Source of the DNA: a virus
Taxonomy: Duplodnaviria; Caudoviricetes
DNA: 28,693 nucleotides
Reading direction: 5' to 3' (one strand)
Virus record (IMG/VR): IMGVR_UViG_3300017784_002655
Span: 1 to 28,693 of that record
In this document: positions 16,621 through 24,370 of the stretch, piece by piece
How the letters are laid out: the number at the start of each line of letters is the position of its first letter
How positions within the stretch are numbered: position 1 is the first letter of the stretch
Notes under the pieces: generated by a model
Databases searched by the model: none
The model's input: only the letters and a program-made list of their open reading frames with translations
What the model was told of the DNA's origin: nothing
Program-made: the position numbers and the translations under genes

Positions 16621-17007
16621 ATGAAACTATTAATCCTCCCGTTACTGCTATTGGCAGGTTGTTCAACCATTAAACCAGTTGGTTCCCCAGAGTTCGGTGG
16701 AGTTACTCGCAAGGTCGATGCCGTCGAACAGGCCGTCAATTCCGGCGACCTGCCCTCCATCAAGAAAGAGTTCGGCAGTCTAAAGTCCCAACTCTCCTCA
16801 GCTCAGGCGGCTTGCGAAGCCCAAGCTGGGGACTACGAACGGATGACTAAAGAAGCCAACGACTGGAAGGCCAAGCAGAGGAAAGCTCTGAAGGAACTAT
16901 GGATTTACAGAGGCGCTATTATCGCCTTAGGGCTATGGATCTTTAGGGGCTTTATCTTCGGTGGTATTATGTTCGTGGCTAGGAAGTTCGTGGGAATTCC
17001 TTGGTGA
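16621..17007 (+). CDS. Lipoprotein with C-terminal TM helix (unimolecular spanin-like)
   Basis: MKLLILPLLLLAG-C lipobox, coiled-coil middle, hydrophobic C-terminus; located in the lysis cluster. ATG 16621 preferred over the track start. Confidence 0.65.
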   Translation: MKLLILPLLLLAGCSTIKPVGSPEFGGVTRKVDAVEQAVNSGDLPSIKKEFGSLKSQLSSAQAACEAQAGDYERMTKEANDWKAKQRKALKELWIYRGAIIALGLWIFRGFIFGGIMFVARKFVGIPW

Positions 17008-17348
17008 ACTTCCTCAAGACCAACGTGCAGGGCCTAATAGCCCTTTTGGGAGCCCTTGGCCTGTTCTTCGGGCTCGGACCCCTACTTCAAAATATCGTCC
17101 CCACAGCGGGGGTTATAGACATCGGGGCCCTACATCTGCTTGTGTTCGGGTCCGTCAAGTTTTTGCTCGGAGTGTTTATGGTCTGGCTAGTCATAGCCTT
17201 TGATTGGAAACCCTTCGATAGATATTTGGACACCGAGGCTTTTGCCGACGACTTCCGTGACCTCCACCCCGAGACGAAAGCGAAGCTCTTGGTCTATCTC
17301 TTTATAGGGCTTTTGGTTACCTTCGCTTTATGCACCAGAGGATCCTGA
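17004..17348 (+). CDS. Putative holin (about 3 TM helices)
   Basis: GTGA overlap with the upstream stop; three hydrophobic segments; directly upstream of the lysin. Confidence 0.6.
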   Translation: MNFLKTNVQGLIALLGALGLFFGLGPLLQNIVPTAGVIDIGALHLLVFGSVKFLLGVFMVWLVIAFDWKPFDRYLDTEAFADDFRDLHPETKAKLLVYLFIGLLVTFALCTRGS

Positions 17349-17887
17349 ATGTTTCGGCCTATCCTATTATTTGTCTTACGGCATTGCTTCTCTCTGGAGG
17401 ACTTGCAATGGGAAGTCCTGACCCGAAAGATTCTACTCGCGGAAAAATCATATCATTTGCGCGGTCAACAATCGGAATCAAAGAGGCAACTGGAAAAAAC
17501 GATGGGGAAGAAGTTGAAGAAATTCTCAAAAGCGTCGGGCTCGAAGGGACGGGCGCCCCGTGGTGCGCAGCCTACGTCGTCTGGGTTGGCGACTCTGCCC
17601 TCGGGCGAGATCATAATCCCTACCCGAGAAGTGCGTGGTCTCCAGATTTCGTCAGGGACCCAACTTGGAATCGGGGCCGTGGTCGATTACCCACCGAAGC
17701 GGATACCTTCGGGGTCTATTTTCAGAAACTCAAAAGAGTCGGTCACACAGGGTTGGTAGAAAAAGTTACTGGTGATTTTGCCGTAACTATTGAAGGAAAT
17801 ACCAATAACGGAGGGAGTCGAGACGGGGATGGTGTCTACCGCAGACGTCGTCTTCTAAGTTCGATTCTCGGAAAGGATTGGCTATGA
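17330..17887 (+). CDS. CHAP-domain endolysin with putative signal peptide
   Basis: PWCAAYV (catalytic Cys), GHTGLV (His) and TIEGNT motifs; hydrophobic N-terminal segment. Confidence 0.85.
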   Translation: MHQRILNVSAYPIICLTALLLSGGLAMGSPDPKDSTRGKIISFARSTIGIKEATGKNDGEEVEEILKSVGLEGTGAPWCAAYVVWVGDSALGRDHNPYPRSAWSPDFVRDPTWNRGRGRLPTEADTFGVYFQKLKRVGHTGLVEKVTGDFAVTIEGNTNNGGSRDGDGVYRRRRLLSSILGKDWL

Positions 17888-18297
17888 GTTTAAGGATAGG
17901 GGCTATAGGGGTACAAAAAGTATCTGCTAAGCTATTGGAACATGGGTTTCTAGTGTGTCTTCCGGTTTTCGATGAGGGCTACGATTTGATTAGCGACTGG
18001 AAGGGGAAGTTACAACGGGTACAAGTTAAAAGCACCATCGGCCAAGCGGGTATGGAGGGGCGTTCAAAGCTCAAATTCTTTGCGGTACGTGGTCCAGGAT
18101 ACGTTGGGGGAGCCTCCCTTAAACCTAACAAAACAAAAGAGGTATATGCTAAGAGTGATTGCGATGCCTTTATCTTCTACCATATCCCCCTAGATGCTCT
18201 TTTTGTGGTGCCTCGGATTCGTTTACCTAAGACAAAATCAATCTATATTGCTCCCAATTCCCATTGGAGAGATAACTGGGGATCTTTAAAGCAGTAG
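17884..18297 (+). CDS. PD-(D/E)XK endonuclease (homing-endonuclease-like)
   Basis: G..G...V...L...GF.V..P, YDLI.D, RVQVKS and CDAF motifs; ATGA overlap with the lysin stop. Confidence 0.8.
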   Translation: MSLRIGAIGVQKVSAKLLEHGFLVCLPVFDEGYDLISDWKGKLQRVQVKSTIGQAGMEGRSKLKFFAVRGPGYVGGASLKPNKTKEVYAKSDCDAFIFYHIPLDALFVVPRIRLPKTKSIYIAPNSHWRDNWGSLKQ

Positions 18298-18333
18298 TTG
18301 CCGACTAACTTAGAATAGGATACATACGACGAT

Positions 18334-20844
18334 ATGGCTATTGCGGATTCCACGTTACTTCTAGAGGGGCAACAAGACTTTTCTGGGGGCATGGATTCCA
18401 GCAGGGTTCCCAATCTAATTGCCCCCAATGCGGTCTCTCGAGCGGTCAACGTTACCTTTAGGGGAGGAACTCCCACAACTCGGCCTGGGTTCAGACAATT
18501 GCCAGTGGTGAACGCCCTTGAAGACGCTTTTGACGGTATTAATTATTTTGTAAATGGTCTTAATCAAGGCTCTTTTTTCTATCAAGATCCCAGACCACAA
18601 TACAATCCTTGTCTTTTCTGTTTGATGAGTGGTCATGTTTTGCGAATTGATTTGGGAACTTATGAGATCAGGAGGGTTCGTCCGATCATAGCTGCTCCCG
18701 ATATTATAGCTGGCCTAACCTACACCATTGAAACCGCAGGTACCACTAATTGGGTTACCTATGGAGCGGCTTCGCTTACGGCTGGAACTACTTTTATTTC
18801 TAACACGACGACGGGTGCGGGTACGGGTACCGCGTATTTAGAGAGCCCCATGAATCGATACGATGACGCTTATTTCGTTCAGGCAGAAAATTTTCTAATT
18901 ATCCAAGACGGTACGAACTTTCCCAGAATTTGGGACGGAGATTCCCTTTTCGTTACAACTCTTGGCCCAGCTCTGACTTTGGGAAAAATAGCTCAAGTCC
19001 CAATCGGTAAATTCATGGCGTACGGACAGGGCAGACTTTACGTTACAGATGTAGCTCAGACTACCGGTACCGCCGGTGATTTGGCTTATGGTGGTAGTAC
19101 TAATCAAGTGACTATAGCTTCTGGAGCTGGAGTTTCTGGAGCGGCGACCTACGAAATAACTACGTCTGGGAACCACGGGTACTCTACTGGAGATTACGTG
19201 ACTATTTCTGGGCATTCGTCCAATAACGGGAGTAATGGAACTTGGAAAATAACAAAGACCAGCAATACAACATTCACGATAGACATAGCTAACCCAAGTT
19301 CAACCACAGCAGGAACCGGTGGGTTTGCTGCAAAAGCAAATGCAGGTACTGCTTCCGACCTACTTAGATTCACAGAGACGACTTATTTGGACGAGGGTGG
19401 CTCTCTGCAAGTCCCCGGATTTCTTGGGAAAATCACTGGTTTGATTTTTATGCCAGTCCAAGATGTCGGCTCTGGGCAAGGAGATCTTTTAGTTTTTTGC
19501 GAGACGGGAGTTGTTTCTCTAGCCGTTTCTGTCCCAAGGACTCAATGGAAAAGTACCGCCGGTTTTCAGAGAATTGCTTTGGCTAGCATCGGGGCCCCCA
19601 GCCATGATTCCTTGACCGCGGCCAACGGAGATATTTTCTTCCGCTCTTTTGACGGCTTGCGGACCTATCGTAACGCCAGAGCCGAGTTTAATAGTTTCGG
19701 TCGCGTCCCCATGTCAGCCGAAATGAACAGTATTATGGAATTTGATACCAAGAATATGTTGAGGGCTTGCAGCGCCATAGTTTTTGACAACCGCTTTCTT
19801 TTTACGGCAATCCCAGAAATTAATTATAATGGGATTTCTAACAGCTCTCTTACAAAAAGACCCGTTACTTTTTCAGCTATTGTTGCCCTAGATTTCACCA
19901 CCCTTGCCTCCGTGGGGGCCCAGCGAGCTTCGGCTTACGAGGGTACTTGGAGGGGTTTGGACATAGTCAAACTTGTGGCGGGAGTTGTGAATGGCACACC
20001 TCGAGCTTTTGCCTTTTGCGTAGATTACGTAGTTAACGGAACTAACGCCTTGTGGGAATTAACCACTGATGCGTACACCGACCAAGCCATTAATTCTAAC
20101 CCAGCTCCGATTAAATCAATTCTTGAAACCCGAAGCTTTGCTTTGGGTTCTCCCTCGGAAGTTAAGAAACTGATTCGAGCCGATCTGTGGATTGGTTCCT
20201 TGCGGGGGGATACTCAGTTTTTAGTTTATTGGCGTCCGGATGAATACCCCTGTTGGAGAGAGTGGCATACATTTTCTCGGTGCGCGACCGTCGATAATTG
20301 TGTTATTACGGGAGTTGGAACAGAGTTCAACCAAGCTTCCGGTATTGTCACGCTGGGATTTTCTACTTCGACCATTAAATGGTATCGCATTCTGGCTTCT
20401 AGCGGTGGTGGCGCCATCTATACAGTCCCCATTCAATTCCCCAGCTCCGAGAACGCCATTGCCGACGCTGCGGCTCTTGCAGCTGCTTTGACTGGGGCGG
20501 GCATAGTTTTCTCTACCGTCACACGGACTGGGACTTATCCTAATTTAGCTTATTTCGTTTCTGGGGCGAACGGGGATTTTACGGTAGTCCCAGTTAAGAC
20601 TCCCGGCGGGAGTTGCGAAGACATGTTCTCTCCTAAGAATCTACAACCTCAGTATCGTCCCCAGATCCGTCTGCCCACGCCCCCAGAAGACGCCGACCCC
20701 ATTGTTGGGCGTCCGTATTATTTTGGGAACGATTTTCAATTTCGCATTGAGTGGATTGGCCACACCCAGATGACTCGATTCTTGGTTTTAGGCCAGAGAC
20801 AGCTTGAACAGTATCAGGGAACCGATTATGTGGAGGTTGTCTAA
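18334..20844 (+). CDS. Tail nozzle / tubular protein B-like with inserted accessory domains
   Basis: 836 aa; 'DFSGGMDS...AVNVTFRGG...TRPG' N-terminus typical of podovirus nozzle/stabilisation proteins; beta-propeller-like composition; 'SILETRSF..G....KKL' C-terminal motif. Confidence 0.7.
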   Translation: MAIADSTLLLEGQQDFSGGMDSSRVPNLIAPNAVSRAVNVTFRGGTPTTRPGFRQLPVVNALEDAFDGINYFVNGLNQGSFFYQDPRPQYNPCLFCLMSGHVLRIDLGTYEIRRVRPIIAAPDIIAGLTYTIETAGTTNWVTYGAASLTAGTTFISNTTTGAGTGTAYLESPMNRYDDAYFVQAENFLIIQDGTNFPRIWDGDSLFVTTLGPALTLGKIAQVPIGKFMAYGQGRLYVTDVAQTTGTAGDLAYGGSTNQVTIASGAGVSGAATYEITTSGNHGYSTGDYVTISGHSSNNGSNGTWKITKTSNTTFTIDIANPSSTTAGTGGFAAKANAGTASDLLRFTETTYLDEGGSLQVPGFLGKITGLIFMPVQDVGSGQGDLLVFCETGVVSLAVSVPRTQWKSTAGFQRIALASIGAPSHDSLTAANGDIFFRSFDGLRTYRNARAEFNSFGRVPMSAEMNSIMEFDTKNMLRACSAIVFDNRFLFTAIPEINYNGISNSSLTKRPVTFSAIVALDFTTLASVGAQRASAYEGTWRGLDIVKLVAGVVNGTPRAFAFCVDYVVNGTNALWELTTDAYTDQAINSNPAPIKSILETRSFALGSPSEVKKLIRADLWIGSLRGDTQFLVYWRPDEYPCWREWHTFSRCATVDNCVITGVGTEFNQASGIVTLGFSTSTIKWYRILASSGGGAIYTVPIQFPSSENAIADAAALAAALTGAGIVFSTVTRTGTYPNLAYFVSGANGDFTVVPVKTPGGSCEDMFSPKNLQPQYRPQIRLPTPPEDADPIVGRPYYFGNDFQFRIEWIGHTQMTRFLVLGQRQLEQYQGTDYVEVV

Positions 20845-21668
20845 TGCCCGAAAATACATGCGAAGAGTTGAATTGTTGCCCTCCAGGATTTACCGTTCCT
20901 CCTCTGAGCGGAACCTTGGCTTTGGCAGGTGACGACAGCACAGCGACTGACCCCCGTGTTGTTGACGGAGAGTTTATATTTGCAGAAGAGGCCCAGTTAA
21001 CTAGAGCTACTTTGGTTGCGAGTAACACGTCTATTACAGTAGCTAGCACGGCAAATATTCAAACTGGTTACGCGGTTGAATGTATCGGAGTATTTAAGAC
21101 TATCACAACGACTCTCGGCTCCTACAATGTTACTGTCCCCGACGCGAACGGATTAGCGCTAGGCCAATTAGTCGAGACCTCAGAAGAAATAGTCACCGCT
21201 GGTAATTTTGTTGTTGGGGGTATCTATAGGATAACGTCTCTTGGCACTACTGATTTTACATTAATAGGAGCACTTTCAAATACTGTTGGGGTTCAATTTA
21301 CGGCTACTGGCGTTGGTAGCGGTACTGGCACATCTGACTATTTGTCAGCCTTAGTCTATTTTTCTTACGGAACACTTATAACAAATATTGTTGGATTGAC
21401 TATTACTCTGTCTAATCCTGCTCTGGGCTCGGCCACGACTGGGGTCTTATTCCGCCCTACCGCTCCTCCTCTAATTGTCAGCTCCGTAGTTGTCATCCCG
21501 AGCACTCTCTTCCCGTCCCCAACTACGGCTACCAAAGTTACCAGTATCGTCGGGTCCATTATCACTCTTTCGGCTGCCCCCACTGCTTCTATGACTGGGG
21601 CGTTACTCTCATTCTTTCCAGCCGAATTGGACCCGAATGTTCAAGACGAAGACGAGCTATTCACTTGA
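20844..21668 (+). CDS. Tail-associated protein with nested beta-rich modules
   Basis: TAATG coupling to the nozzle gene; T/V/G-rich; Cys-rich N-terminus; shares a module with the nozzle. Confidence 0.65.
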   Translation: MPENTCEELNCCPPGFTVPPLSGTLALAGDDSTATDPRVVDGEFIFAEEAQLTRATLVASNTSITVASTANIQTGYAVECIGVFKTITTTLGSYNVTVPDANGLALGQLVETSEEIVTAGNFVVGGIYRITSLGTTDFTLIGALSNTVGVQFTATGVGSGTGTSDYLSALVYFSYGTLITNIVGLTITLSNPALGSATTGVLFRPTAPPLIVSSVVVIPSTLFPSPTTATKVTSIVGSIITLSAAPTASMTGALLSFFPAELDPNVQDEDELFT

Positions 21669-21700
21669 CTTCGAAATACTTTTACAGGAGATAGTTCCTA

Positions 21701-22006
21701 ATGGCTGGCGTAAAAATTTCCAATCTGACCGAGTTAGTGGGAACGCCTCCAGACACTGCCATTCTACCTATTGTTTCTGGTGGAATTACCCAGAAGGTTA
21801 CCGTCGCTAACATCAAGACACTCATCCCTCCGGGTTCAGGGGCTAAGGGCGGTGTAGGTAATTTGGCTTTCTGGGAAAACCCCACAACCATATCGGTAGA
21901 TTACCAGATTTCGGCTGGGGCTAACGCAGGGACATTCGGGCCGGTCAACATCGCCAATACGATTACGGTGACGGTTCCAAACGGTTCAACTTGGAGTGTA
22001 GTCTAA
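21701..22006 (+). CDS. Tail fibre adaptor-like small protein
   Basis: AGGAG SD; N-terminal 'VKISNL...LPIVSGGITQKVTV' fibre-type module; C-terminal 'FWEN...NAGTFGP...VTVPNGSTWSVV' module. Confidence 0.65.
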   Translation: MAGVKISNLTELVGTPPDTAILPIVSGGITQKVTVANIKTLIPPGSGAKGGVGNLAFWENPTTISVDYQISAGANAGTFGPVNIANTITVTVPNGSTWSVV

Positions 22007-22614
22007 TGGCTCTTTCTCTTAGCGGAACGGATGGGATTGTGACGGGCAATATCAAGCCTTTAAATATTACCACGGCTACGATTGCGGACAATAATGTGAC
22101 TCCCGGTAAGCTATCGCAAAAGTTGACGCTTGCCACACTCCAGAGTGCAACAGGTAGTAACACCTTTTTTGACTTTACCAGTATTCCTAGTTGGGTGAAG
22201 AGGATTACGGTTATGTTTCAAGGTGTTTCTGTTAATACTGGGACTGGGATAACGGTTCTAGTTCAACTAGGTACAGGTGGTTCACCTACTACAAGCGGTT
22301 ACGTTGCGGGTAATAGTATGGTTCTAATAGCCAATGACACTACTCGCGCAATTGTATCTGCAACAACTGGGTTTAGAGCATATATTGCAGACGATGCTAC
22401 TGACGCAATTACTGGTAGTTTTGTTTTTACAAACATTAATGGAAATGCTTGGATATGTAATGGGTCTTTGGTTACAATAGGTGTAAATAATGCAGTCTTA
22501 AACACAGTTGGCAGCATTGCTTTAGCTGGCGTTTTAAATATGGTTCGTATTACTACAATAAACGGAACAGCCACCTTTGACGCTGGCTCCATCAACATCA
22601 TGTACGAAGGATAA
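22006..22614 (+). CDS. Tail fibre/receptor-binding-like protein
   Basis: TAATG coupling places the start at 22006; C-domain DFTSIPSWVKRITVM...GSINIMYEG is paralogous to 24371..25246. Confidence 0.7.
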   Translation: MALSLSGTDGIVTGNIKPLNITTATIADNNVTPGKLSQKLTLATLQSATGSNTFFDFTSIPSWVKRITVMFQGVSVNTGTGITVLVQLGTGGSPTTSGYVAGNSMVLIANDTTRAIVSATTGFRAYIADDATDAITGSFVFTNINGNAWICNGSLVTIGVNNAVLNTVGSIALAGVLNMVRITTINGTATFDAGSINIMYEG

Positions 22615-22616
22615 CA

Positions 22617-23651
22617 ATGAGCATAGCAATTTCAGGATCCTCCATCACGTTCCCCGACCAGACCCAGCAGTCGACGGCCACGGGTGGTTCGTTTAGGAAT
22701 CGGATTATTAATGGTGATATGCGGATTGACCAAAGGAACGCTGGGGCGAGTGTAAATCCAGCCAATGCGGACGTAACCCTAGACCGATGGGGTTCAAATA
22801 TGTTCGCTAATGCCTCAAAATATACTGTCGTTCAATCTTCAACCGCACCAGTAGGATTTAATAGTTCTTTGTTAGTTACTTCCTCTTCTTCTTATTCTGT
22901 CGGCGCAAATGACATTTATACTCAATTTCAATGGATTGAGGGCTTTAATACTGCTGACTTAGGATGGGGTACTGTTAATGCCCAAACTGTAACTGTGTCA
23001 TTTTGGGTTCGCAGCTCTTTAACTGGTACTTTTGGCGGTGCGTTATTTAATTCAGGCCAAACAAGAAGTTATCCATTTACTTACACCATCAACTCTGCAA
23101 ATATATTTGAAAAAAAGACGATTACTATTGCTGGCGATACATCTGGTACTTGGTTAACAACAAATGGTCGTGGCATTGCCGTTGTTTTTGGACTAGGGGT
23201 AGGAACCACTTATAGCGGAACAGCAGGGGCATGGGCGGCTGCTGCTTATTATTCCGCCACAGGCGCAGTCTCCGTAGTGGGAACAAACACAGCCACCTTC
23301 TACATCACAGGAGTCCAACTTGAAGCAGGCTCAACCGCAACCGAGTTTGAGCGCAGGCCGATTGGGACGGAGTTGGCGTTGTGTCAGAGGTATTACCAAG
23401 GCGTTTCAAACATTGACCTGCGTGTCGTTGCAAGCCAAGGTCTTTACGATAGTTTTGTAACGCTAGGATTGCCTGTTACAATGCGATCTGCACCAACAGT
23501 TACGGTTAGCGGGACAATAGTGGCAGATACTGGATTCGCTGTAGTCGCCAACTCATTCGTTCATGGCTTTGCCATATTGGTACAATCACTTAGCGGAACT
23601 GGCCCACGAGGGTATAGCAACATGACCTACACCACCTCTGCGGAGCTTTAA
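22617..23651 (+). CDS. Tail fibre protein with carbohydrate-binding-like domain
   Basis: FRNRIINGDMRIDQR ... TVSFWV ... GVQLEAGSTATEFERRPIGTELALCQRYY motifs typical of phage fibre/lectin-like domains; followed by a chaperone-like gene. Confidence 0.75.
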   Translation: MSIAISGSSITFPDQTQQSTATGGSFRNRIINGDMRIDQRNAGASVNPANADVTLDRWGSNMFANASKYTVVQSSTAPVGFNSSLLVTSSSSYSVGANDIYTQFQWIEGFNTADLGWGTVNAQTVTVSFWVRSSLTGTFGGALFNSGQTRSYPFTYTINSANIFEKKTITIAGDTSGTWLTTNGRGIAVVFGLGVGTTYSGTAGAWAAAAYYSATGAVSVVGTNTATFYITGVQLEAGSTATEFERRPIGTELALCQRYYQGVSNIDLRVVASQGLYDSFVTLGLPVTMRSAPTVTVSGTIVADTGFAVVANSFVHGFAILVQSLSGTGPRGYSNMTYTTSAEL

Positions 23652-23654
23652 CCA

Positions 23655-23816
23655 ATGACCTACCAACTCACCAAATCCAACGGCATCCTCCGCCTAGAGG
23701 ACAACGCATTCATTCCTCCAGATACCGCCAACACCGACTACCAAGCCTATCTCAAATGGTTGGCCGAAGGCAACACTCCGCTTCCTGCTGATACTACTAC
23801 CGAGGAGAACAAATGA
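23655..23816 (+). CDS. Small tail fibre chaperone-like protein, 53 aa (not in ORF track)
   Basis: Read by hand: MTYQLTKSNGILRLEDNAFIPPDTANTDYQAYLKWLAEGNTPLPADTTTEENK*. Carries the IPxDxxNxDYQxYLxW.AEGNTP motif; ATGA overlap with the next gene. Confidence 0.85.
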   Translation: MTYQLTKSNGILRLEDNAFIPPDTANTDYQAYLKWLAEGNTPLPADTTTEENK

Positions 23817-24334
23817 GCCTAGGACTAAGAGCAGAAGCCAATAACACCTCAGGGGTAATCAGCGTAGCTGGTGTGGACCAAGTCGTCATCAACAATGCCG
23901 GCAATGTGGCAGCCACGACCTTCACGGGTGCTCTGGTGGGGAATGCTGCTACGGCCACAAACTTGACCACCACCACGGGGCCGGCTCCTGTTTATGGGGC
24001 TAGGGCTTGGGTTAATTTTGATGGGACTAGGGATAATACTGGAGCGGCTACCATCGCAAATACGCTTCGGTTTATGCGGGCGCAGGGTAATGTGAGTAGC
24101 GTCCTTAAACTTGCTGATGGGCGTTATGTTATTAACTTTGCAACGCCAATTGGTAATGGAGATTATGCTGCTGTTTTTGGGGCGAATCCATATAATTATA
24201 ATGGTGTTGTTGCTGGTTCAGGGTCTACTATTGATGGGACCAATAGCTCAACGCAATGTTTTGTAGAATTAAGAGACGCTCAAAATACAACTTCTTTTAA
24301 TTCCGATTATATTATGTGCGCAATATTTTTATAA
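23813..24334 (+). CDS. Tail fibre-like protein
   Basis: GAGGAG SD; 'ATTFTGALVGNAATAT' shaft motif; 'ARAWVNFDGT...NVSSV...G.Y.INF' tip domain. Confidence 0.72.
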   Translation: MSLGLRAEANNTSGVISVAGVDQVVINNAGNVAATTFTGALVGNAATATNLTTTTGPAPVYGARAWVNFDGTRDNTGAATIANTLRFMRAQGNVSSVLKLADGRYVINFATPIGNGDYAAVFGANPYNYNGVVAGSGSTIDGTNSSTQCFVELRDAQNTTSFNSDYIMCAIFL

Positions 24335-24370
24335 AGGACATTTACCCCAGCAACAAAGAAGTAATTTAAT

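Noticed and set aside
17349-17759. Nested out-of-frame ORF in the lysin as an embedded o-spanin
   Set aside because: No valid lipobox (LRHC) and no spanin-like composition; a better spanin candidate lies at 16621.
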